64,000 nt of DNA, from NCBI GenBank assembly GCA_963827655.1, contig CAWHCF010000041.1:167918-231917 (forward strand), in the 5' to 3' direction. Within the stretch, counting starts at the first letter, position 1; every line of letters starts with the position of its first letter. Made by a program: the position numbers and the translations under genes. This document shows positions 43,412 to 52,165 of the stretch, piece by piece. The DNA comes from an uncultured Acidobacteriota bacterium. GTDB taxonomy: Bacteria > Acidobacteriota > UBA6911. The notes beneath the pieces are model-generated. The model was given only the letters and a program-made list of their open reading frames with translations. It did not search any database and had not been told where the DNA came from.

Positions 43412-43553
43412 CGATTTACGATTGACGATTGACGATTGAAAGCCAAGTGTCGTTCATTCGGAGCGATTGAAAGAACTAGTTCTTGCCATCACCATTGGCC
43501 ATTACTTGGTCGTGTTTTTCAATCGTCAATCGTCAATCGTCAATCGTCAATCA
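43412..43553. repeat. Paired inverted heptamer arrays between etfB and etfA
   Basis: CGATTTACGATTGACGATTGACGATTG (43412-43438) and (CAATCGT)n (43520-43553); the etfB stop lies at the array end. Confidence 0.85.
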
Positions 43554-44327
43554 AATGACTTTGGCTTCGTCGTGCAGCAGTCTCACTAGTTCCGGAACTG
43601 TTTGAGAAACATCACCGGTCAATATCTTGCCGGGAGGCCGCGGCGCAGGCAGTGTAACCTGCACAACTTCGACGCGAGATTGAAGGTCGTCTGGAGAAAG
43701 TGCCAGGGAATCGAGCGAGACCACGCGGATCTCTTTCTTCTTCGCCGCCATGATCCCTTTGAGCGAGGCGTAGCGAGGCATGTTCAAGCCCTTTTGAGCA
43801 GTGAAGACAGCCGGCAAACTCCCCTCCATAACCTCGTGGGCTCCTTCGATCTCCCTTTCGGCGCGAAACGTGCCGTCCTTGATCTCGAGTTTCACCACCA
43901 CGGATACCTGCGGAAGATCCAGAAGTTGCGCAACTACTGCGGGAACCTGGCTATTGTCCACACCGATCGCATGCTTCCCGAAGAAGATCAGATCAGGTGC
44001 CAGGCCCCGGCACACTTGCGCCAGAGCCGAGCCGATGAGAAAAGGGTCGGCATTCTCCAGGGAATCATCCCGGATAAAAACACCCGAATCGGCGCCCATC
44101 GCCAGGCAGGTGCGCACACCGGCGGTGGCCCGTTCGGCGCCGGCGCTAACCACGATGACTTCGCCTCCCATACGCTCCTTGATCTGGAGCGCTTCCTCTA
44201 CGGCAAATTCATCGTAGGGATTGACGACAAACGACACGTCAGCCAGATCGAGGCTCTTGCCCTCTGGTGCAATCTTCACCTTAAGAGCGGTATCGGGGAC
44301 GTATTTTACACAAACCACGATCTTCAT
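43551..44327 (-). CDS. etfB: Electron transfer flavoprotein beta subunit
   Basis: VCVKYVPD, NPYDEFAVEEAL, LAMGAD, PRYASLKGIMAAKKK. Confidence 0.96.
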   Translation of the reverse strand: MKIVVCVKYVPDTALKVKIAPEGKSLDLADVSFVVNPYDEFAVEEALQIKERMGGEVIVVSAGAERATAGVRTCLAMGADSGVFIRDDSLENADPFLIGSALAQVCRGLAPDLIFFGKHAIGVDNSQVPAVVAQLLDLPQVSVVVKLEIKDGTFRAEREIEGAHEVMEGSLPAVFTAQKGLNMPRYASLKGIMAAKKKEIRVVSLDSLALSPDDLQSRVEVVQVTLPAPRPPGKILTGDVSQTVPELVRLLHDEAKVI

Positions 44328-44466
44328 TTTGATTTACGATTGACGATTGACGATTGATTCTCAACTGATTCACCCCGGGTCCTAAGCTGACGACTTGCAA
44401 TCGACGATTTCCTTTTAAATCGTCAATCGTCAATCGTAAATCGTCAATCCTTTAAATCGTCAATCC
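44328..44466. repeat. Paired inverted heptamer arrays between fabF and etfB
   Basis: GATTTACGATTGACGATTGACGATTG (44331-44356) and AATCGTCAATCGTCAATCGTAAATCGTCAATC...AATCGTCAATC (44418-44465); includes the fabF stop. Confidence 0.85.
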
Positions 44467-45704
44467 TCAAACCGCTTCAGCAATAGGCAGGCATTGGTGC
44501 CGCCGAAGCCGAAGCCGTTGGAAAGGGCGTATCGAATCCTGGCCTGGCGCGCCACGTTGGGCACGTAATCAAGGTCGCAATCGGGATCAGGAAATTCCTG
44601 GTTGATGGTCGGATGTATGGTTTGCTCGCGAATCGTCAAGGCAGTGACCCCCGCCTCGACGGCTCCAGCTGCGCCGAGAAGATGGCCGATCATCGACTTC
44701 GTGGAGCTCACTGCGAGCTTGTAGGCATGTTCGCCAAAGACAGCGCGAATGGCGGCGGTTTCCGTCCGGTCGTTTTGCGGCGTCGATGTGCCATGGGCAT
44801 TTATGTAATCCACCTGTTCGGGATTGATACCGGCGTCTTTCACGGTTAATCGCATGGCGCGGATCGCCCCGTCTCCGTCGACAGATGGCGCCGTTATATG
44901 GTAGGCATCTCCAGACATGCCATAACCCACGATTTCCGCATAAACATCGGCGCCTCGCTGCCGGGCATGTTCCAGCTCTTCAAGGATCAGAATTCCCGCT
45001 CCCTCGCCCACGACGAAACCATCGCGCTCGCGATCAAAAGGACGGCTTGCCTTGGTCGGTTCGTCATTGCGCGTCGACAGCGCCTTCAGGGCCGCAAATC
45101 CTCCTACCCCCATTGGAGTGATCGCCGCTTCACTCCCCCCGGCGATCATGACATCCGCGTCACCGCGCTGAATAATTTTGAACGAATCCCCGATTGCGTG
45201 GCTCCCTGCCGAACAAGCCGTGCAGGGTGCGGAGTTCGGGCCGCGCGCTCCGAATCGGATCGAAACCTGGCCCGCAGCCAGATTTACGATGCTTGAAGGA
45301 ATAAAAAAAGGGGAGATCCGCTTTGGACCTTCCTTGAGCAGCACTTCGTGTTCGCGTTCAATAATGGCAAATCCGCCGATTCCCGATCCAATGATGACAC
45401 CCGCTCTTTCGCTCTCCGATTCGTCAATATCGAGTTTGGCGTCCTTCAATGCAAACCCTGAAGCGGCGAGCGCAAAATGGATGAAGGTGTCCATCTTCTT
45501 GATTTCCTTCTTCTCGACAAAAAGAGACGGATCGAATCCCTTCACCTCGCCCGCGATGGTAGTAGGAAAGTCAGTTGTGTCAAACCGGGTGATGGGTCCT
45601 ATGCCCGACTCACCTTTAAGGAGAGCGAGCCAGGTTTGCTGGGATCCAACCCCGAGGGCGGTAACGAGGCCCACGCCCGTAACCACAACGCGCCGTTTCA
45701 ACAT
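44460..45704 (-). CDS. fabF: 3-oxoacyl-ACP synthase II
   Basis: [47 protein letters not shown]. Confidence 0.96.
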   Translation of the reverse strand: MLKRRVVVTGVGLVTALGVGSQQTWLALLKGESGIGPITRFDTTDFPTTIAGEVKGFDPSLFVEKKEIKKMDTFIHFALAASGFALKDAKLDIDESESERAGVIIGSGIGGFAIIEREHEVLLKEGPKRISPFFIPSSIVNLAAGQVSIRFGARGPNSAPCTACSAGSHAIGDSFKIIQRGDADVMIAGGSEAAITPMGVGGFAALKALSTRNDEPTKASRPFDRERDGFVVGEGAGILILEELEHARQRGADVYAEIVGYGMSGDAYHITAPSVDGDGAIRAMRLTVKDAGINPEQVDYINAHGTSTPQNDRTETAAIRAVFGEHAYKLAVSSTKSMIGHLLGAAGAVEAGVTALTIREQTIHPTINQEFPDPDCDLDYVPNVARQARIRYALSNGFGFGGTNACLLLKRFED

Positions 45705-45720
45705 TCGGCCTTCTTTATCT

Positions 45721-45957
45721 CTAGCTGCCGTGAGACTGGATGTAGTCAATGGCATCCTTGACGGTCTTTATCTTCTCAGCATCCTCGTCAGGTATCTCGA
45801 TACCGAACGCTTCCTCGAATGCCATTACCAGCTCGATGGTATCCAAGGAATCAGCGCCAAGATCGTCTACAAAAGAGGCGGCTGCCGTGACCTCCCCTTC
45901 ATTGACCCCCAACTGGTCCACAATAATCGACTTCACCTTATCTTCCACCGATGCCAT
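45721..45957 (-). CDS. acpP: Acyl carrier protein
   Basis: DLGADSLD phosphopantetheine site. Confidence 0.97.
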   Translation of the reverse strand: MASVEDKVKSIIVDQLGVNEGEVTAAASFVDDLGADSLDTIELVMAFEEAFGIEIPDEDAEKIKTVKDAIDYIQSHGS

Positions 45958-46017
45958 ACCATTCTCTCCTTTGCGAATTTTTGCGCGACCAGACCTTAAC
46001 GCCGGGCACAGAAAGCG

Positions 46018-46962
46018 TCACATTTTAGCATCCGAAAAAGCAGAAGCAAGCGCTTCAATGCCGCGAATTCCGTCCGCGCTGCCGGTCTGCGCGCGAGGGA
46101 CGATTCGCCTTACCAGGCCACTTAGCACCTTACCCGGACCCACTTCCACAAAGCTCTCGATCCCCGCTTGAACCATGTGCTGGATGCTCTCCTCCCAGCG
46201 AACTGGCGCGCAAATCTGGCGGATCAAAGAGTCTCGAGCGCTACTCCCCTCCCGGATCTCGCGAGCGTCGGCGTTGTTTATCAGTGGAATCCGCAGATCC
46301 CTGAAATCCATCGCCTCGAGTTCCGGAGTCAAGCGATCTCGCGCGGGCGCCATCAACTCGCAGTGAAACGGTGCGCTCACCGCGAGGGAGATAACCCGTG
46401 TGGCGCCCTTCTCCTTCGCGTTGTCGCATGCTTTCCGCACAGCGTCCGCCAGGCCCGCAATGACGATCTGGTCCGAAGCGTTGAGGTTCGCCGGAGCTAC
46501 AAATCCGATGGAGGACGCTTCCGCGCAGGCCTCCTGCACCTTTGTCAGATTCAAGCCGAGCACCGCTGCCATTGCCCCCCGGCCCGGCCCTACGGCTTCC
46601 TGCATGTATCTCCCCCTTTTGCGAGCAAGGATCACAGCGTCCGAGAAAGCAATAGCTCCGGCACAGACAAGCGCAGAGTACTCCCCCAGGCTGTGACCCG
46701 CTACGTAGTCCGGCCGCACCCCTCTCTCTTCGAGAACGCGCGCAATCGCAATACTGACCGTGAGGATAGCAGGCTGGGTATTCTGAGTGAGTCTTAGCTC
46801 TTCCTCAGGACCTCCGAAGCAGAGCTGGGAAAGCGGAAAGCCCAGAATGCTGTCGGCCTCGACAAACACATCGCGAGCCGAGTCAAACGCTTCGTAGGCT
46901 TCTTTCCCCATCCCGACATACTGCGATCCTTGTCCGGGAAAGATAAATGCAAGTCTGGCCAT
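46018..46962 (-). CDS. fabD: Malonyl-CoA:ACP transacylase
   Basis: FPGQGSQ, TQPAI, GHSLGEY, SAPFHC. Confidence 0.96.
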   Translation of the reverse strand: MARLAFIFPGQGSQYVGMGKEAYEAFDSARDVFVEADSILGFPLSQLCFGGPEEELRLTQNTQPAILTVSIAIARVLEERGVRPDYVAGHSLGEYSALVCAGAIAFSDAVILARKRGRYMQEAVGPGRGAMAAVLGLNLTKVQEACAEASSIGFVAPANLNASDQIVIAGLADAVRKACDNAKEKGATRVISLAVSAPFHCELMAPARDRLTPELEAMDFRDLRIPLINNADAREIREGSSARDSLIRQICAPVRWEESIQHMVQAGIESFVEVGPGKVLSGLVRRIVPRAQTGSADGIRGIEALASAFSDAKM

Positions 46963-46968
46963 CCTGCC

Positions 46969-47997
46969 CTAAACCCAGGCGCTGCTGTTAGATCCCGCAG
47001 TCGCATTCAACTGGCTCAACTCAGCCTCGAGCTTCGTATTGACCTGGCTTTCCGCGTACTCCTTGGCAACCCGGATCGCATTCTTGATGGCATTACTGCT
47101 GGATCTGCCGTGACAGATGATGGTCACGCCTCGCAGACCTATGAGTGGCGCGCCTCCGTACTCCGAGTAATCGAGCCGCTTCTTGAGGCGCTTGAAGGAC
47201 TGCTGCGTCAGGAGAGCTCCCACTTTCGCCTGCAGATTGCTGGAAAGTTCGTCGGCCAGTAACTTCAATACTGCTTCGATCAGTCCCTCGCTGGTCTTCA
47301 ACGCCACATTTCCGGTGAAGCCATCGCACACAATGACGTCGGCGCGGCCGTTGTAAAGGTCTCTTCCTTCAACGTTTCCGATGAAGTTCAACGAAATCTT
47401 CTTCAGGTATTTGTGTACCTCTTTTGTCAGCTCGTTGCCCTTGCTCTCTTCTTCCCCGACCGACATGAGCCCGACGCGGGGAGAAGCAATACCGACGATC
47501 TTCTTGCTGAACAGATGCCCCATGATCGCGAATTGAACCAGGTGATGAGGCTTGCACGCGATGTTAGCGCCGACATCGAGCAGGACCGCATGCCCGGTCA
47601 GGGTGGGCACCACCGCCGCAAGGGCCGGCCGGTCCACGCCCTGCAACACACCCATGACTGTCTTCGAGATCGCCATCACAGCGCCTGTATTTCCGGCGCT
47701 CACCAGACCGCTGGCCTTTCCTGCGCGCACCAGTTCCGCCGCAACCCGAACCGACGAATCTCTTTTCTTCCGAAGCGCCACCGCCGGCGGTTCGTCCATG
47801 AGGACGACCTGGCTCGCATGATGAACCTCGATCGCCAGCCCGTCCCCTCCGTTTTGCTTCAAAAGGGGAGTGAGAACCGGTTCCTTGCCGACCAAAACGA
47901 TACTTACGGCCCAGGCGCGGGCGGCCTGCACGGCACCTTCTACTTCACTCTGGGGAGAGTTATCGCTCCCCATAGCGTCCACGGCAATCTTGATCAT
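46969..47997 (-). CDS. plsX: Phosphate acyltransferase PlsX
   Basis: IAVDAMG, SAGNTGA, LDVGAN, DGFTGNVALK, HGRS. Confidence 0.96.
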   Translation of the reverse strand: MIKIAVDAMGSDNSPQSEVEGAVQAARAWAVSIVLVGKEPVLTPLLKQNGGDGLAIEVHHASQVVLMDEPPAVALRKKRDSSVRVAAELVRAGKASGLVSAGNTGAVMAISKTVMGVLQGVDRPALAAVVPTLTGHAVLLDVGANIACKPHHLVQFAIMGHLFSKKIVGIASPRVGLMSVGEEESKGNELTKEVHKYLKKISLNFIGNVEGRDLYNGRADVIVCDGFTGNVALKTSEGLIEAVLKLLADELSSNLQAKVGALLTQQSFKRLKKRLDYSEYGGAPLIGLRGVTIICHGRSSSNAIKNAIRVAKEYAESQVNTKLEAELSQLNATAGSNSSAWV

Positions 47998-48044
47998 GGG
48001 GCGAGAGGGTTTCTCTGGGTGGATCGGTTCAATTCACAGACTTG

Positions 48045-48230
48045 CTAGATCTCTTCTTCTCCCTCTACAACCTGCTTGCCTTTGTAGTAACCGCATTTTT
48101 GGCATGCCTGATGTGGCGGTTTTGGTTCGAGGCATTGCGGGCATATTCCGGGAGTGACGGACTGCAGGAAGTCATGCGCGCGACGCTTGCCTCTGCGTGA
48201 TTTCGAATGTCTGCGTTTTGGATTTGGCAT
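48045..48230 (-). CDS. rpmF: 50S ribosomal protein L32
   Basis: MPNPKRRHSKSRRGKRRAH and CxxC...CxxCGYY. Confidence 0.95.
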   Translation of the reverse strand: MPNPKRRHSKSRRGKRRAHDFLQSVTPGICPQCLEPKPPHQACQKCGYYKGKQVVEGEEEI

Positions 48231-48252
48231 ACTGAAACAGCTCCCCTCGATG

Positions 48253-48780
48253 CTACTGATCCATTTTCTTTCGAAACTCCCGAAGAACAGCCAGACGGGA
48301 ATCGATATCTGAGGCCTTGCACAGACACGGACTCTCATTCAGGTCGGCGCCACAATGGACGCATAGTCCCTTACAAGCCTCCTGGCAGATGAATTTCATA
48401 GGCAGGGCAAGCTCGATCTGTTCCAATACCATCAAGTCTACGTCGAACCTGACCCCGTCATAAAACCCGATCTGCATATCATCGTACTTCAGTTCGATCT
48501 CCTGGTCGACGCTCGGGGCGGGCTGCGGGAGATACAAGAGATCGAAGCTCGTTGCCAGCCTGCGCGATGATTCTCGGAGGCAGCGTGCGCACTTATACCG
48601 CACTGAGGTCTGCAGAGTTCCCCCAAGGCGCAGATCCTTATCCTTGTGATCCAGAACAAACTCAACGGACACCGGTTCATCCAAAGCCGCGTCAGCGTGC
48701 GCGAAATCCAGATCTTTCACACCGTAGAGGTGATGAACATGCACAGGCTCCGTTTTGAGATCTTCAATTTCGATAAACAC
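48253..48780 (-). CDS. DUF177 (YceD) family protein
   Basis: CARCL, LALPMK--CQEACKGLC--CGADLN, DSRLA-L; upstream of rpmF. Confidence 0.92.
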   Translation of the reverse strand: MFIEIEDLKTEPVHVHHLYGVKDLDFAHADAALDEPVSVEFVLDHKDKDLRLGGTLQTSVRYKCARCLRESSRRLATSFDLLYLPQPAPSVDQEIELKYDDMQIGFYDGVRFDVDLMVLEQIELALPMKFICQEACKGLCVHCGADLNESPCLCKASDIDSRLAVLREFRKKMDQ

Positions 48781-48808
48781 TTCGGTCTCCCGCGCGAACG
48801 AAGCTTGA

Positions 48809-48836
48809 ATTATAGTCCGGCGAGCTTTTTTGTCAA
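48809..48836 (-). promoter_or_regulatory. Consensus sigma70 promoter of the DUF177-rpmF-plsX-fab operon
   Basis: Minus strand TTGACA (48836-48831)-N16-TATAAT (48814-48809). Confidence 0.8.
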
Positions 48837-48874
48837 GGATAAACGCCCTAATTTACAATGACTTACGGTTTTTC

Positions 48875-49253
48875 TCACGGGCCGGGACGATCCACACGGT
48901 CGTGTCCAGGTCAGGAACTAAGGTTCGGCTCTACCCGGATCCTTGTGGTCCCACCCTGATGAAAGCAGGGCGCTCAGGATCCTGCCTGCCACCGGCCTCC
49001 CGTTTCCACAAGTTGGGTAGGGTTTGTCACACTCTGGTTCACGGCAGGCAAGATTCAATCTCATGCCGGTCCAGCCCTGCAGCCTCGATAGTAAGGTTTT
49101 AGTTCACGTGGGCGGGATTGCCACGACACGTAACAAGCCCAGGGATCTCAGTGTCGGATAAGGATGGCGTGGGTTCGCGTCTGTCCAGGTAAGGAGCCAA
49201 TGGCTCCGAAAAGCGATGCTTCACCGACTCTGATCACCGGGCTTTCGGGCCGA
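48875..49253 (+). ncRNA. Candidate large structured non-coding RNA (unassigned)
   Basis: No credible ORF; nested stems 48915-48923/49097-49105, 48937-48943/48976-48982, 48983-48990/49043-49050, 49153-49157/49224-49228; GAAA and UUCG loops; upstream TTGTCA-N18-TACAAT. Confidence 0.45.
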
Positions 49254-49258
49254 TGATG

Positions 49259-50017
49259 TCAGTCCTGGGCGCCGGCTGACCCGCTCCCGAGGCGGTCGAG
49301 CTCCTGAACGATAAGTGGTTGAAGTGAGCTTCCGGTGGCACTATCCCGAGCTTCCCGCAGAGTCTTTACGGCGTCCTCACGTTTTCCCTGCGCGAGGTAC
49401 GACCGCGCTACCTCCAGTTTAAGGTCTTCTTTGGGAAGCTCGCACTGGGGATCTTTGATCATGCCCTCCAGGATTTCCTGAGCTCCTTTGTAGTTTCCTT
49501 CTCCCATGTAGTGTTTCGCGAGGACTTTTTTTCCCAGATAGGCGATCGTCCGGTCCCTGGTGTTGTTTCGCACCGCTTCCAGCGATTTTACCGCCGCTTC
49601 CTTTTGATTCAGGTGCAGCTGGCAAAGTCCTAGATAATATTGGGCTATCACAGCTGCTTTAGACGAACCATATTTCTCGATTACCGACGAGAACTCTTTG
49701 CTGGCTCCTTTGTACTTTGCCTCGTCGGTGCGAAAAACCGGATCGGGGCCCTTTCCATAAGGATCGTCCAAAGCAGCGGGATCGAGCTGGGCATGGTAGA
49801 GGTCCATGCCCCGGCCCAGCTGCTGTTGAGCCGACATTTGCCGGTTCTCCATGAATCGAAGAATGAGGTATGTTCCTATCGAAACCAGAGCAATGCCAAC
49901 GATGGCTAACGCAATGATCTTGCCCCGCGACCGGACCACTTCGATGGATCGTATCATCGCGTGATGAACCGGATCCTCGGTCAGAATCTCTTTACGGGTC
50001 AGTCTTGTAGTGCCCAC
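49259..50017 (-). CDS. Membrane-anchored TPR protein (YfgM-like)
   Basis: N-terminal RLTRKEI--DP, one TM helix, TPR-like helices (AQYYLGLC). Confidence 0.75.
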   Translation of the reverse strand: MGTTRLTRKEILTEDPVHHAMIRSIEVVRSRGKIIALAIVGIALVSIGTYLILRFMENRQMSAQQQLGRGMDLYHAQLDPAALDDPYGKGPDPVFRTDEAKYKGASKEFSSVIEKYGSSKAAVIAQYYLGLCQLHLNQKEAAVKSLEAVRNNTRDRTIAYLGKKVLAKHYMGEGNYKGAQEILEGMIKDPQCELPKEDLKLEVARSYLAQGKREDAVKTLREARDSATGSSLQPLIVQELDRLGSGSAGAQD

Positions 50018-50167
50018 AGAATTTTTTCCTTAGATCATGGTTAAACCCAGCAAAATAGCACAACCGGCGTTACGGTGCAAATTCCACTTCGTCTGGCTCG
50101 CGCCTTGGTTGATTTTCGTGCGCTTTTAAAACTTCGATTGACTTCACGCCCAGCCTGGCAGACCTTA

Positions 50168-50400
50168 GGGCTCGCGCAGAAATAAGTTCACATTCTGCTG
50201 CAGGCCCCCAGGCCCGCTGGCAAGGCGCGAGCGACGATGCGTACCCGGTGCGGTACGTGAGGAGCTGAGCAATAAAGCCAGCGGGCCTGCGGGCCGCAGC
50301 CCGAAGGGGCGCGACCCTCAGCGTGTTAGCAAACAGAAACCGGTCCATGATTGAGCACCAACCCTCGCGCCAGAATGTAGAGTTATTTCTGCGCGAGCCC
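50168..50400. mobile_element. 233-bp MITE, copy 2, with TTA target-site duplication
   Basis: TIRs 27/30 (GGGCTCGCGCAGAAATAA...); TTA at 50165-50167 and 50401-50403; homologous to 264-496. Confidence 0.88.
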
Positions 50401-50403
50401 TTA

Positions 50404-50449
50404 GGCGCTTAGCGAAACGTTCAAACCAACATGTTATCGTTCACAAGGG
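50404..50449 (+). repeat. 46-bp direct repeat, copy 2
   Basis: 45/46 identical to 26875-26920; followed by hairpin TCGTTCGGGG-N6-CCCCGAACGA. Confidence 0.9.
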
Positions 50450-50533
50450 GCCTTTCGTTCGGGGCGAAGTCCCCGAACGAACCTTAGCCTCTTCGTTGCT
50501 AAAGAACTGACGTCGCGCACGCTGGGAGACGAA

Positions 50534-51253
50534 ATGTCTGCAGGCCCGAAAGTGCTGGCAGCTATTCTTGCCAGGGGTGGCTCGAAGGGGGTGAAGAGGA
50601 AGAATATCCGCTTGATTTGTGGCCGTCCTCTGATCGCGTATACCATTGAGACTGCTCTGGCGGCGCGCCACTTCTTCTATCGTGTTATCGTGAGCACCGA
50701 TGACCCGGAGATTGCCGAGATCGCGCGACGCCATGGCGCTGAAGTTCCCTTCCGGCGGCCAGCCGAACTTGCGGGCGATGGTGTGCCTACCGTTCCGGTT
50801 TTGCAACATGCTGTCCGGTTCGTCGAACAGCAGGACAGAGTACGCCTGGACTGGGTCTATCTTCTTCAGCCCACGGAGCCGTTTCGAACCGTGGAAGATA
50901 TGCAGGAGGGCTTGCGACTAGCCTTCGCTGGAGGCTGCGATTCGGTAATCAGCGTCGTTCAAGCATTCGCCACCCATCCCGTCTCGATGAAACGCATCGA
51001 AAACGGCCGATTGCTCCCCTTTTGCGTCGAAGAGACCGAAGGCACCCGAAGGCAGGACTATCACCCTCCGGCCTTCACGCGAAATGGGGCGGTCTACCTG
51101 ACGCGCCGCGACGTCCTGATGGAGCAGAACTCAATCTGGGGGAAATCGATCCGCCCTTATGTTATGCCGCCTGAACGCTCCATCAGCATCGATACCGAGC
51201 TCGATTTGAAGCTCGCGGAACTATTGATGCAGGAGCGATTGGGAAACCTTTAA
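50534..51253 (+). CDS. Acylneuraminate cytidylyltransferase (NeuA/PseF-like)
   Basis: ARGGSKGVKRKNI, VSTDD, LLQPT-PFR, NGAVY, SIDTELD. Confidence 0.9.
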   Translation: MSAGPKVLAAILARGGSKGVKRKNIRLICGRPLIAYTIETALAARHFFYRVIVSTDDPEIAEIARRHGAEVPFRRPAELAGDGVPTVPVLQHAVRFVEQQDRVRLDWVYLLQPTEPFRTVEDMQEGLRLAFAGGCDSVISVVQAFATHPVSMKRIENGRLLPFCVEETEGTRRQDYHPPAFTRNGAVYLTRRDVLMEQNSIWGKSIRPYVMPPERSISIDTELDLKLAELLMQERLGNL

Positions 51254-51305
51254 GCCGCAATAAAAGAAGGGTGCTTTACAGACTGGGGGTCTCCTCCTCG
51301 TACAC

Positions 51306-51446
51306 GTTCCCGTTTCCGTTCCCGTTTTCCGGCGGTATCCCATAGTAATGCCGTTTACGTCCCCGATATCTCGGGCCCAGTGGGTTAGCGACTGAGTCCG
51401 CAGCTATACTTGATTGACCGGGAACGTGGACGGGAACGGGAACGGT
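51306..51446. repeat. Inverted pair of GTTCCC/GGGAAC hexamer arrays
   Basis: GTTCCCGTTTCCGTTCCCGTT at 51306-51326 and GGGAACGTGGACGGGAACGGGAACGG at 51420-51445. Confidence 0.7.
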
Positions 51447-51498
51447 TCTCCAGTCGGTTAAGCACCGTCGCTCCCGCGGCTCAGACGCGAAAAACCCA

Positions 51499-52131
51499 TC
51501 AATTTCCAGGACGCCGAACGACGTTCAGGACAAAATCGGTTCCCAGCTTCTGACGGTGGGCGAGCGTAATCCACAGCAGTGCGAGCGGCTCCAGCAGCCG
51601 CGAGGCAGTCAGCGGCCCGAGGTCTATCGGGTCGAAGCCGAGGTCACGGGCAAGCTGGGCGGCGATTGCCTTGGCGCCGGCATCGTCGCCGGCGTGCAGC
51701 ATCGTAACCGGAGTGCCGTAACGGGAGTCTGCCATGTTGCGGGCTCCTGTGGTGTTGAATATCTTGACCACCTTTCCCCCTTTCGCCTGCAGCGCAACCT
51801 GCTCCCCGCCCGAGGTGCTCGTTCCCAATTCCAGACCCGCAAGGTCGGACGTCAGCGGATTCGTGCAATCGAGGATAACTTTGTCCTGCAGCGTCCCGGC
51901 GGCAGCGATGGCGTCCGGAACCGCCTTCCACGGAACTGCCAGCACGACCACTTCCGCCTGAGCCGCCGCTTCTCCTACCGATGCCAGCTTTGCCTTCATT
52001 CTCCGTGCCTCGTCACGCGTCTTCGGGTCCTTGCTATCACGGACGCCGAAGATGACTTCGTGCCCCGCCTCGGCCCAGCGACTTCCCAGCGCGCTGCCGA
52101 CGTTTCCCATTCCGATGATTCCAATTTTCAC
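51499..52131 (-). CDS. NADP oxidoreductase, F420-dependent family (F420_oxidored)
   Basis: GTG start; KIGIIGMGNVG Rossmann motif, VLAVPW, DCTNP, VVKIFNT, GDD, LEP. Confidence 0.88.
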   Translation of the reverse strand: MKIGIIGMGNVGSALGSRWAEAGHEVIFGVRDSKDPKTRDEARRMKAKLASVGEAAAQAEVVVLAVPWKAVPDAIAAAGTLQDKVILDCTNPLTSDLAGLELGTSTSGGEQVALQAKGGKVVKIFNTTGARNMADSRYGTPVTMLHAGDDAGAKAIAAQLARDLGFDPIDLGPLTASRLLEPLALLWITLAHRQKLGTDFVLNVVRRPGN

Positions 52132-52165
52132 TGTTGTTCTCCGTTTCCCTTCTCGGTGCGCGCTG

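Noticed and set aside
43412-44466. Heptamer arrays as a CRISPR array
   Set aside because: Units are 7-bp tandem repeats in inverted pairs, not 25-40 bp direct repeats with regular spacers; no cas genes in the window.
48875-49253. Candidate RNA as RNase P, tmRNA, SRP or hammerhead ribozyme
   Set aside because: No GAGGAAAGUCC, no tRNA-like ends with CCA, no SRP helix-8 motif; CTGATGA is present but not arranged as a hammerhead core.
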